In this document: positions 39,298 through 48,218 of the stretch, piece by piece
Numbering within the stretch: position 1 is the first letter of the stretch
Layout of the letters: each line of letters starts with the position of its first letter
From: Kamptonema formosum PCC 6407
GTDB taxonomy: Bacteria > Cyanobacteriota > Cyanobacteriia > Cyanobacteriales > Microcoleaceae
Length of the DNA stretch: 64,000 bases
Direction: 5' to 3'
Assembly (NCBI RefSeq): GCF_000332155.1
Contig: NZ_KB235903.1
Location: 715,156 to 779,155, forward strand
The notes under the pieces: model-generated
What the model saw: only the letters and a program-made list of their open reading frames with translations
Database searches by the model: none
Told to the model about the DNA's origin: nothing
Position numbers and translations under genes: made by a program

Positions 39298-40191
39298 ATG
39301 CCCTATAGCTTGGTTTTAAACTTATTGCCATCTTCGCCAATCCCACCCCAATTTTTGACTGGGCGGCATCTTCATGCTTTGTTCTTAAAATTAGTAAGTG
39401 CAGTAGATACTGATTTAAGTGCTTATTTGCACGATCAAGCTAATGAAAAAGCTTTCACCCTTAGCCCCTTACAAGTATCTAAAAAAGAAGGGCAAAAAAT
39501 TAAGATAATAGGGGAAAATAAGAGAATCGATCCTCTAGGTTCTAGGACTTTACAGTGGGAATACAAACAAGTAATTAGCGGAAATACACCGATTTGGTGG
39601 CGTATTTCTCTTTTAGATGATAGTTTATTCGCCCGCCTGACTCAACTTTGGTTGCACCTAAATTTCGATCGCCCTTGGCATCTCGGCCCCGCAGATTTAC
39701 ACATTACTAGCATCTTAGCAGTACCGCAACCTGCCCAGCCTTGGGTGAATGCGATTTCCTATACACAATTATACGAGCAAGCTTCAGCAGAAGAACGGCA
39801 AATTGCTTTTAGTTTCTGCACTCCGACTAATTTCCGTCAAGGTCAATACGATACACCGATGCCAACTAGAGACACTATTTTTGGTAGCTTGCTAAATCGC
39901 TGGAATAAATATAGCAATATTCCTCTAGATCGTACTATTATCGAGCCTATTTTTCCCAGCTTTTTTGACATTCATACTGAAATGTTAGCTGATTCTCGCA
40001 GTAAATTTATTGGGTGTGTCGGCGAAGTTAGCTATCGAATTATGGGCGATGTTGAGCCGCTAAAGATTAAACAAATTAATGCCTTAGCAGATTTTGCTCT
40101 CTATAGCGGAGTGGGGAGGAAAACACCGATGGGTATGGGAATGGTACGGCGGCTGCAAGAGTTCAGTAATGCTAACGGTTACAGAATGTAA
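39298..40191 (+). CDS. Cas6-like RAMP protein (orphan; no CRISPR array in the window)
   Basis: The C-terminal loop GVGRKTPMGMG fits the Cas6 GhGxxxxxGhG motif. N-terminal GRHLHALFLKL is a candidate His. The size (about 297 aa) fits a double RRM. The start is 20 nt after the upstream gene. Confidence 0.6.
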   Translation: MPYSLVLNLLPSSPIPPQFLTGRHLHALFLKLVSAVDTDLSAYLHDQANEKAFTLSPLQVSKKEGQKIKIIGENKRIDPLGSRTLQWEYKQVISGNTPIWWRISLLDDSLFARLTQLWLHLNFDRPWHLGPADLHITSILAVPQPAQPWVNAISYTQLYEQASAEERQIAFSFCTPTNFRQGQYDTPMPTRDTIFGSLLNRWNKYSNIPLDRTIIEPIFPSFFDIHTEMLADSRSKFIGCVGEVSYRIMGDVEPLKIKQINALADFALYSGVGRKTPMGMGMVRRLQEFSNANGYRM

Positions 40192-40819
40192 GATTACCGC
40201 GACCATCTGGATTTCCATTAGAAATCCACCCTTTCAGCGGGGATTCAATTTCAATCCAGTTAAGATTTTCCACTGTTCTAATGATTACTGGAACGTCTGT
40301 AGGTTTGACTATTTCTCCATTCCTGACTCGCCCTACTAGACGAGACTTAGTGGTAGCATCTGAATGAATTGCTAAACCATCTTGCGCTGAGGAATTGACA
40401 CGGTAACAGGGGTTTTCAGCCAGAGATATTTTCATGGCTATGGCGGTGACAGTAGCTTTAAAACTGCCATTAATCCAACAGCCGTATTCTATCTCTCCTG
40501 AACCTATGGTATTAACATCGCGGCTGACTCTATACCAATAAGTCTCTAATTGTCTTTTCTCTGTATGGGGAGTATCAACCTCTCCAAAGCACTGATTTTG
40601 CAGTTCCATTCCTAACCCTAAATCCATATTAGATAGCCCAAACTCTAATCCTGCATCTTTGAGGTTTTCCCAAGGTTGCCACAAACTCCAACCTCGTTGA
40701 GAGATATTAGTAGGGCCATTTGGATTGTCTGGATTCGCTTTAACAGGTAAGGAGGAAATTATTAAGGTGGCGATAGCTGAAATCGCTAGAGTTGAGGGAA
40801 ATAAATTGGGTAATTTCAT
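40172..40819 (-). CDS. Secreted protein with C-terminal SH3b-like domain
   Basis: Signal peptide ending PVKANP. C-terminal YRVNSSAQDGLAIHSDATTKSRLVGRVRNGEIV...NWIEIESPLKGWI. It overlaps the Cas6-like 3' end by 20 nt (convergent). Confidence 0.55.
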   Translation of the reverse strand: MKLPNLFPSTLAISAIATLIISSLPVKANPDNPNGPTNISQRGWSLWQPWENLKDAGLEFGLSNMDLGLGMELQNQCFGEVDTPHTEKRQLETYWYRVSRDVNTIGSGEIEYGCWINGSFKATVTAIAMKISLAENPCYRVNSSAQDGLAIHSDATTKSRLVGRVRNGEIVKPTDVPVIIRTVENLNWIEIESPLKGWISNGNPDGRGNLTFCNR

Positions 40820-40901
40820 GGTAATTATCTTGTCTAATCCCGTTAGACCTCAAAGGTTAACGGGATGAAAAAATTAGTAGATTGTAAGATTGAGCAATTA
40901 G

Positions 40902-41762
40902 TTAGTTAGTTGAGGATGATTGTATCTGTTGTACCTGTAACCAAGCGGCTAAATCTGCTACATTAGAGAAGTCAAGCAGCGCTTCTCCCAAGTTTTCTAA
41001 TTGAGGGATTGCTAATCTTTGAATCTGTTCGCTTAGTTGTGGTTCTAACTCCCCAAAACGCCGTGAAATCTGGCGTTGTAGAATTGCTACTTCTCCTCGC
41101 TGCATACCTTGTTGTACACCTTGTTGTACACCTTGTTGCAGAATATCTTGATAGGTGACTGATTCTCTCATAATATCCTCTCTGAATAATTGACGAATCA
41201 ATTTTTTCTCAAACCGTAGACCAGCTAGGACGAAAACACAAGCTGAGATGTTATTCCGTTGCTCTGTTTCTTCAATGATAGCAACTTGCTGAGCAACTTG
41301 CTCTAATAAAGTATTAGGGTTGTCGCTTTGAGCTAAAGCAGCCAGGGGTAAAAGTTCTGGTGTAACTAAAAGTGGAGCGGGATTTTGTTCCCACATCCGA
41401 ATAATTCGATAGCGGTGTGTCGTATAATTATCTTGATATTGATTCTGCAATACTAATTCTGAATTAGTACGTTTGAGGAAAATAACTACCTGTTCAATAG
41501 GTAAGCGATATTTCCTTGTTAATATAGCTTTATATTCAAGCATCCGCAAGGGAATTGGCGGATTTGAATAGGGTACTGTTTGAAATTCTAGATGCAGAAT
41601 TTGGTTATCAGTTTGTAGCAAAACAAGAGCATCTGCCTCAATCGGTTCGGGTATAATTTCGGTTTTAAGTACCCGGATATTTTCCGGTTCTGTATTTAGT
41701 AGCCAGCGGACAAATGAGGCTGGAGATTTTTCGGCGAGATATTTACAAGTGTTGTCGTACAT
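40902..41762 (-). CDS. Rpn/YhgA-like PD-(D/E)xK recombination-promoting nuclease / putative transposase (DUF4351 C-terminus)
   Basis: MYDNTCKYLAE..P..FVRWLL, ADALVLLQTDNQILHLEFQT, and a C-terminal QGVQQGVQQGMQRGE + RRFGEL tail. Confidence 0.7.
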   Translation of the reverse strand: MYDNTCKYLAEKSPASFVRWLLNTEPENIRVLKTEIIPEPIEADALVLLQTDNQILHLEFQTVPYSNPPIPLRMLEYKAILTRKYRLPIEQVVIFLKRTNSELVLQNQYQDNYTTHRYRIIRMWEQNPAPLLVTPELLPLAALAQSDNPNTLLEQVAQQVAIIEETEQRNNISACVFVLAGLRFEKKLIRQLFREDIMRESVTYQDILQQGVQQGVQQGMQRGEVAILQRQISRRFGELEPQLSEQIQRLAIPQLENLGEALLDFSNVADLAAWLQVQQIQSSSTN

Positions 41763-41861
41763 GACTCTACAATCGATTTTTACACAACTCAATTCCAAAG
41801 ATTAGGTTAGTTGTTATCTCTACTGATAACTCCGCTGGCTTTTTGATACTAGAGCAACTTT

Positions 41862-42188
41862 TTACTCTTCTTTTGGCTTAATTTCGCTGACAATTTCATA
41901 AATATCAGTATCAGGAACTTTAGCAAATAAATGATTCATCTGCTTCAATATTTCCTGGTAAGCTTCGCTTTGATTAGATGCCATATCTTCTACGCTATCC
42001 CAGAAAATTATGGCAAGTCCTTTGTCTGTCTCCGGCAATTGTAGTAGGTATGCTCCCTTAAAACCATGAGCATAGGTTGATACAGCCTTTTGATAAAGTT
42101 GCTTGGCTTCTTCAAACTTACCGGGTTTAAATTCTCCGATGGCGACGTAGGCAAATTGATGCCGCAGAAAATCTAGAAATTCTGACAT
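41862..42188 (-). CDS. Small ABM/Dabb-like (alpha+beta barrel) hypothetical protein
   Basis: About 108 aa: AYVAIGEFKPGKFEEAKQLY...AIIFWDSVEDMASNQ. Assignment by general resemblance only. Confidence 0.4.
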   Translation of the reverse strand: MSEFLDFLRHQFAYVAIGEFKPGKFEEAKQLYQKAVSTYAHGFKGAYLLQLPETDKGLAIIFWDSVEDMASNQSEAYQEILKQMNHLFAKVPDTDIYEIVSEIKPKEE

Positions 42189-42536
42189 TAGTTTTACTTT
42201 GGGTAAAGGTTGATACACAAAATAGAATTTTACCCTATAACTGTAATTTTAGTAAATGCGGCTGTAAGTATTTATTTAAAAAGAAAAATTATATTGTGAG
42301 ATGGGCAAGACTCCTGTCTGTCCTGATTTAGAGGTCGGTGGGAGGCTAATTTGTCTATACTGGATCGAGATTGAACAAAGTATGCTAGTATTAGCGCCAA
42401 CTGTTGAAGCATTAAGGCTAGACAATAGCATAAGTCAGGAATTAGGATTCATAATTGATATATTATCCTGAATAGCTCAGGATTCAGAATTAAAACTCTA
42501 ACTCCTAAATTATTTTTGAAACTACCAATAATCAAT

Positions 42537-43673
42537 ATGGCCTTAGTTAAAATTGTAATTGTTGAAGATGAAAGAATAATTGCTCTTGACCTTAAGAGCA
42601 GTTTAAATAAATTCGGGTATGAAGTCTGTGGAATATTTTCTTCGGGAGAAAAGGCCCTAGAAAAAATTGGCGAACTCCAACCGGATTTAGTTTTAATGGA
42701 TATTCTTTTGAAAGGTAAGATGGATGGCGTGCAAACGGCTGAAAAAATTAGCAGCAAATTTCAGATCCCTATAGTATTTTTAACCGCTCACACCGATGAA
42801 ACTAATTTGCAGAGAGCGAAAGAAACTTATCTTTTTGGATATATTGTCAAACCTTTTGAGGAAAGAGATTTGTACACAACTGTCGAGATTGCTCTTTATC
42901 GGGCGAAAGCGGAATCTGAAATTCGGAAAGCCTTAGAAAAAGAAAAGGAACTAAACGAACTAAAATCCCGATTTGTTTCGATGGTTTCCCATGAATTTCG
43001 CACGCCGTTAGCAACGATATTATTTTCGGCTGGTTTGCTGGAAAATTATGGTCAAAAATGGTCAGAAGATAAAAAAATTACTCATTTACAACGCATTCAA
43101 ACAGCAGTCAAGCAGATGACAGTACTTTTAGAAGATATCTTAATTATCGGCAAATCAGAAGCGGTGAAACAGGAATTTAAACCCGTTACTATAGATTTAA
43201 AAAAATTCTGTATTGAAATTATAGAAGAATTGCAACTGGTGGCGAATGAACATGAGATTATATTTGAGTGTAGTGCCGAGAACACTGAGGTAGAAATGGA
43301 TGAAAAGCTGCTAAGGCAGATTCTCTGTAATTTACTGTCAAATGCTATCAAATATTCCGATCGAGGGAGCCGGATTCATTTCGATCTGACTTTTAGGGAG
43401 GCTGAATTTACAACTAATGATTTAGAATTAAATCCTCCTGCAAAAGTTGCTATTTTCCGCATTCAAGACGAGGGAATTGGGATTCCCCTAGAAGATAGAC
43501 CGCGAATGTTTGAGACATTTTACCGTGCTAAAAATGTGGGTACAATATCAGGGACAGGATTAGGTTTAGCGATTGTTAAAAGGTCTGTAGAGTTGCACGG
43601 AGGTCAAATAGAAGTAGGCAGCGAAGTAGGAGTAGGAACAGTTGTAGCAGTTACTTTACCTGTACCAAAATAG
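42537..43673 (+). CDS. Hybrid response-regulator/histidine kinase (REC-HisKA-HATPase)
   Basis: REC: IVIVEDE, DLVLMDILL, KP. H-box: SHEFRTPLATI. N/G boxes: NAIKYS, DEGIGIP, GTGLGLAIV. Confidence 0.85.
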   Translation: MALVKIVIVEDERIIALDLKSSLNKFGYEVCGIFSSGEKALEKIGELQPDLVLMDILLKGKMDGVQTAEKISSKFQIPIVFLTAHTDETNLQRAKETYLFGYIVKPFEERDLYTTVEIALYRAKAESEIRKALEKEKELNELKSRFVSMVSHEFRTPLATILFSAGLLENYGQKWSEDKKITHLQRIQTAVKQMTVLLEDILIIGKSEAVKQEFKPVTIDLKKFCIEIIEELQLVANEHEIIFECSAENTEVEMDEKLLRQILCNLLSNAIKYSDRGSRIHFDLTFREAEFTTNDLELNPPAKVAIFRIQDEGIGIPLEDRPRMFETFYRAKNVGTISGTGLGLAIVKRSVELHGGQIEVGSEVGVGTVVAVTLPVPK

Positions 43674-43965
43674 AGGTGAGTGGGAGTTGGGGTTGAAAAC
43701 AGGAGATTACTGTTTATACATCTGTAACTGAAAAACTGGAGCGGCGATCGGTTCTTGACATTGCTATAGCCTTAAGATATACTTTTAACTAAGTATAGGG
43801 ATGGCTGGTTATGAAGATTATAAATTTAAAATTAAAATTAAAGATGGTGGCAACTCGCCCTGACACTAGCTGATATTATATAAACACAAATTAATTGCAT
43901 ATTATTGCCTGTTAGCAATTGTTAATTGTTAACGAGCAATCACAGTTAACGGTTAAAGTTAACAA

Positions 43966-46900
43966 ATGGGGGATGTTATGGATAGGGTAGAAATGTACAG
44001 GACAATTGAAACATTGCAGCAGCGAGTAAAGTTCTTAGAAGCAGAAATTACTCAACTGCTTGACAGTAGGAAGAGGGAACTGGAACAGCAGGTACTAGAA
44101 CGGACGGTATGGCAACAGCAGGTGAAGCGAGAACGGCTTTTAGCGAGTACGGCCTGGGGGATTCGCCAGTCCTTGAATCTAGAGGAAATTTTGAGCGGGG
44201 TAGTCAAGGAAGTACGCAATTTGTTGCAGTGCGATCGCGTGGTTGTTTACCAGTTTGGCTCCAGAATGGACGGTACGATCGTTGCAGAATCCGTCGCTCC
44301 CGGTTGGTCTAAAACTCTGGGCAATTATATTCCCGACACCTATTTGCAGGAAAATCAGGCTTTAAAGTACCGCTGGGGACACAAGCAAGCGATCGCAGAC
44401 ATTTCTCAAGCTGGGTTCAAAGATTGTCATCGGGAATTATTAGAACGCTTGCAGATTCGCGCTCAACTCAGCGTTCCCATCTCGATCGAGCGACATTTCC
44501 CACTCGCGAGTCAGGAAACTCAAAACTCTACCCCACTGCTGTGGGGTTTGCTATTTGCCAATCAATGTTCTGCGCCGCGTCTGTGGCGAGAGTCAGAATT
44601 AGAATTGCTAGACGAACTAGGAGTACAAATCGCGATCGCCATTCAGCAGAATTGCTTGTTTGGTGAGTTGCACGCTGAACTCACAAAACGCCAACAATTA
44701 GAAATTGCCCTTACTGAAAGCGAAGAAAGATTTCGCTCCATTGCTAACAGTCTCCCTGTCTTATTATGGATGTCCGATCCCACCGGGGAACGCAATTTTT
44801 TCAATCAAACTTGGTTAAACTTCACGGGGCGCACTCTTGAACAAGAAATTAATCACAGTTGGATGCGAGGGTTGCACCCAGAAGATTGCCAGAAATCTGT
44901 AGAAACTTACCTTTGTGCTTTCCACCAACGGCAAAGTTTCCAAATAGAATACCGCTTCCGACGCGCTGACGGCAAATATCGCTGGCTGTTGGATAAAGGA
45001 GCCCCCAGATTCTCCTCAGATGGCAGTTTTGCCGACTATATTGGCTCCTGTATTGACATCACCGATCGCAAATGGGCGGAGGATGGGCTATACCAAAGCG
45101 AACGCCTCTATGCAACGCTAACAGAAGTCTCGCCTGTAGGCTTCTTCCGCACGGATGTTGAGGGGAAAAATTTATATAGCAACGAGCGCAGTTGCGAAAT
45201 CACTGGCCTCGAACCAGGAGAAAGCGTAGGATATGGTTGGACAAAGAACCTGCATCCAGACGATCGCGATCGCGTTTTAGCTGAATGGCATCAAGCCATT
45301 CAAACAGAGGAAATATTTAGCTCCGAATATCGGTTTCTACGCCCGGACGATACTGTAAAATGGGTATTTGGTCAAGCCGTAGCTGAGAGGGAAGACAACG
45401 GCACAGTAGTCAGTTATATTGGCACTATTACCGACATTAGCGATCGCAAACAAGCTGAAGCCAAGTTGCAAACAGCCTACCAACAATTAACTTTTCACGT
45501 CGAAAACTCCCCTTTAGCCGTCATCGAATGGGACAAACATTTTCGAGTAAAACGCTGGTCAAAGCAAGCAGAAAAAATCTTCGGTTGGCAAGAAGAAGAA
45601 GTTTTGGGGCTTCACCCTAACGAGTGGTCAATTGTATTTGTCGATGAGATCGAGAGCGTGAATGAAGTATTAAGCCGCTTGCTGACTGGGATGGAGTCTC
45701 GAAATACTAGCTACAACCGCAATTATACCAAAGAAGGTGCAGTGATCTACTGCGAATGGTACAATTCCGTACTCTTTGACAGCGCCGAAAATCTGATATC
45801 TATCCAGTCATTAGTTCAAGATGTAAGCGATCGTAAAGGTGCAGAAACAGCCCTACAACATTTAGCCGGAGAGTTAGAAATTAGAGTTCAGGAACGAACG
45901 CAGGAATTAGCTACCACCGTGAAACTTTTACAGCAAGAAATTGCCGAGCGCGAGCAAGCCCAAAAAGAATTACTTGTGGTTAAAGAGCGCTTACAATATT
46001 TGCTATCCGCTAGCCCGACAGTGATTTATAGTTGCAAGGCAGAAGGCAATTACGCCACAACTTTTATCAGTGACAACATTGCCGTTTTGTTAGGATACAA
46101 ACCCACAGATTTTATAGAAGAATCTAGTTTCTGGATTAATGGCATTCACCCCGAAGACGTACCGCGTATTTTCAATGAAATGATGTCCAATTTTGGCGGC
46201 AGTAAGCACATCCTTGAATACCGCTTTTTAGACGCATTCGGAAATTATGTTTGGTTACAAAATGATTTAACACTGGTACGAGACTCAGCGGGAAATCCCT
46301 TAGAAATAGTTGGTTCAATGATCGATATTACTGCTAAAAAACTAGCAGAATCAGCACTTTTAGCAGCTAAGGAACAATTACAAGCCGTGATCGATGCCGT
46401 CCCTGGATTTGTGTCTTGGATTGGTGCAGATTTGCGGTTTCTGGGGGTGAATCGGCAATTAGCACTGATGTTTAATCTGTCTCCCGATACGTTTGTTGGC
46501 AAGGAAGTCGGATCGATCGATTGTAATTTTAACTGTACAGATTTTATTAGTGATTTTTTTACTGCTTCTGACACCTCAACCAGTCAAGAAATCACCCTCG
46601 CACTTGCCAGCGATCGGTTATTACCTCAGAGCCGTACTTATTTAGTAGTTGCTCAGAAATATAACCAGGAACAAGCTGCGATCTTTGTAGGAATTGACAT
46701 CACCGAACGCAAACAAGGCGAGGAGCAAATCAAAGCTTCACTTAAGGAAAAAGAAGTATTGCTCAAAGAAATTCATCACCGCGTAAAAAACAATCTACAA
46801 ATCATTTCTAGCTTGCTCAAACTTCAGTCTAAATATATCAAAGATCCAGAATCAATGGTACTCTTTCTGGATAGCTACAACCGGATCAGATCGATGGCTT

Positions 46901-47364
46901 TGATTCATGAAAATTTGTACAGAACCACAGACTTAGCTAGAATTGATACTGCTGAATACATCCGCAAATTGGTATCGAACTTGTCTAGCTCTTATGGCTG
47001 TTCGTCAAGACTAATAGAAGTCAAACTAGAAATTGAAAGCATTTGTTTAGATATTGATACCGCAATTCCTTGTGGTTTAATTATCAACGAACTGGTTTCA
47101 AATGCTTTTAAATATGCTTTCCCACAGGGTCAGAAGGGAAAAATATTAGTGAGTTTTAAATTAGAAAATAACACTAACTTTGTTTTAAGAGTCAGCGATA
47201 GCGGCGTTGGCTTCCCTGAAAATTTTGACTGGGAGCAAACCGAATCTCTCGGATTGCAGCTAGTTGTGAATTTAACCGAACAATTAGGCGGTAATATAGA
47301 ATTAGATCGAAGTCGCGGTACAGACTTTCAGGTATACTTTGCCAAGAATACCCGTACTAAATGA
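43966..47364 (+). CDS. Multi-sensor (GAF + several PAS/PAC) histidine kinase with HisKA_2-type core
   Basis: GAF: CDRVVVYQF. Repeated PAS/PAC signatures: YRFRRADGKYRWL, YRFLRPDDTVKWV, YRFLDAFGNYVWL. H-box: EIHHRVKNNLQIISSLL. Confidence 0.85.
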   Translation: MGDVMDRVEMYRTIETLQQRVKFLEAEITQLLDSRKRELEQQVLERTVWQQQVKRERLLASTAWGIRQSLNLEEILSGVVKEVRNLLQCDRVVVYQFGSRMDGTIVAESVAPGWSKTLGNYIPDTYLQENQALKYRWGHKQAIADISQAGFKDCHRELLERLQIRAQLSVPISIERHFPLASQETQNSTPLLWGLLFANQCSAPRLWRESELELLDELGVQIAIAIQQNCLFGELHAELTKRQQLEIALTESEERFRSIANSLPVLLWMSDPTGERNFFNQTWLNFTGRTLEQEINHSWMRGLHPEDCQKSVETYLCAFHQRQSFQIEYRFRRADGKYRWLLDKGAPRFSSDGSFADYIGSCIDITDRKWAEDGLYQSERLYATLTEVSPVGFFRTDVEGKNLYSNERSCEITGLEPGESVGYGWTKNLHPDDRDRVLAEWHQAIQTEEIFSSEYRFLRPDDTVKWVFGQAVAEREDNGTVVSYIGTITDISDRKQAEAKLQTAYQQLTFHVENSPLAVIEWDKHFRVKRWSKQAEKIFGWQEEEVLGLHPNEWSIVFVDEIESVNEVLSRLLTGMESRNTSYNRNYTKEGAVIYCEWYNSVLFDSAENLISIQSLVQDVSDRKGAETALQHLAGELEIRVQERTQELATTVKLLQQEIAEREQAQKELLVVKERLQYLLSASPTVIYSCKAEGNYATTFISDNIAVLLGYKPTDFIEESSFWINGIHPEDVPRIFNEMMSNFGGSKHILEYRFLDAFGNYVWLQNDLTLVRDSAGNPLEIVGSMIDITAKKLAESALLAAKEQLQAVIDAVPGFVSWIGADLRFLGVNRQLALMFNLSPDTFVGKEVGSIDCNFNCTDFISDFFTASDTSTSQEITLALASDRLLPQSRTYLVVAQKYNQEQAAIFVGIDITERKQGEEQIKASLKEKEVLLKEIHHRVKNNLQIISSLLKLQSKYIKDPESMVLFLDSYNRIRSMALIHENLYRTTDLARIDTAEYIRKLVSNLSSSYGCSSRLIEVKLEIESICLDIDTAIPCGLIINELVSNAFKYAFPQGQKGKILVSFKLENNTNFVLRVSDSGVGFPENFDWEQTESLGLQLVVNLTEQLGGNIELDRSRGTDFQVYFAKNTRTK

Positions 47365-47397
47365 GCCGATATAAATTATCAAGGAGCTAGCAACACA

Positions 47398-48111
47398 GTG
47401 AAAAAAATTTTAGTTGTTGAAGATGAAAAATTGATTAGGCTTAACATTTTAGAGTGTTTGGAGAATGCCAATTTTGTGGCATTTGGTGCAGAAAATGGCA
47501 GCAAAGGTATTCAATTAGCAGGAATATATCAACCAGATTTGATTATTTGTGATATTATGATGCCCGACATTGACGGCTATTCAGTTCTAACAAAAGTACG
47601 CCAAAATATTGTTACTGCTACTACTCCTTTCATTTTTTTATCAGCTAAAAGTGAAAGAGAAGATATGCGTTTGGGTATGGAACTGGGAGCAGATGATTAT
47701 ATTACCAAGCCTTGTACGCCTACAGAACTACTCAGCGCGATCGCAGCCAGATTAGAAAAACATAATGCCTACATTCAACAGTCTGCTAGCGAACGCGATC
47801 GCGCTAAATCTTTACAAAAAAGAGTCCAAGAACTCCAGCAAATCAGTGAAACTAGAGAAGAACTACTAAGAAGACTTTCAGAAGACTTACGAGATCCGAT
47901 GTCTAATATCAATATGGCGGTGGAAATGTTGAAATTAGCCCCTTCTCAGCAAGCTCGCGATCGCTACCTCAAAATTTTGCAGCAAGAGTGCGCTCGCGAA
48001 TTAACAATCCTCAATCAAATCTCCAACTGGCAAGATTTTTTAACTCCCGAAAATATCCGGCTACTGAATAGATTGAATATTTCTAATAATTCTAATCAGC
48101 ATAACCCATGA
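47398..48111 (+). CDS. Response regulator with degenerate, His-less DHp-like tail (no ATPase domain)
   Basis: The REC domain closely parallels that of the next gene. The tail LSEDLRDPMSNINMAVEML aligns with the H-box LPHELRTPLNGILGFTEVL but has D in place of H. GTG start after aaggag. Confidence 0.8.
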   Translation: MKKILVVEDEKLIRLNILECLENANFVAFGAENGSKGIQLAGIYQPDLIICDIMMPDIDGYSVLTKVRQNIVTATTPFIFLSAKSEREDMRLGMELGADDYITKPCTPTELLSAIAARLEKHNAYIQQSASERDRAKSLQKRVQELQQISETREELLRRLSEDLRDPMSNINMAVEMLKLAPSQQARDRYLKILQQECARELTILNQISNWQDFLTPENIRLLNRLNISNNSNQHNP

Positions 48112-48218
48112 TGAAATCATAGTACATTTAGCAGGAATGCTAGCAAACAAACTATTGTCGATCTTCATAGTTTAAGATTTATAAAAACTATTTAAGCAAA
48201 GAGAGGAGAATAAAAATA

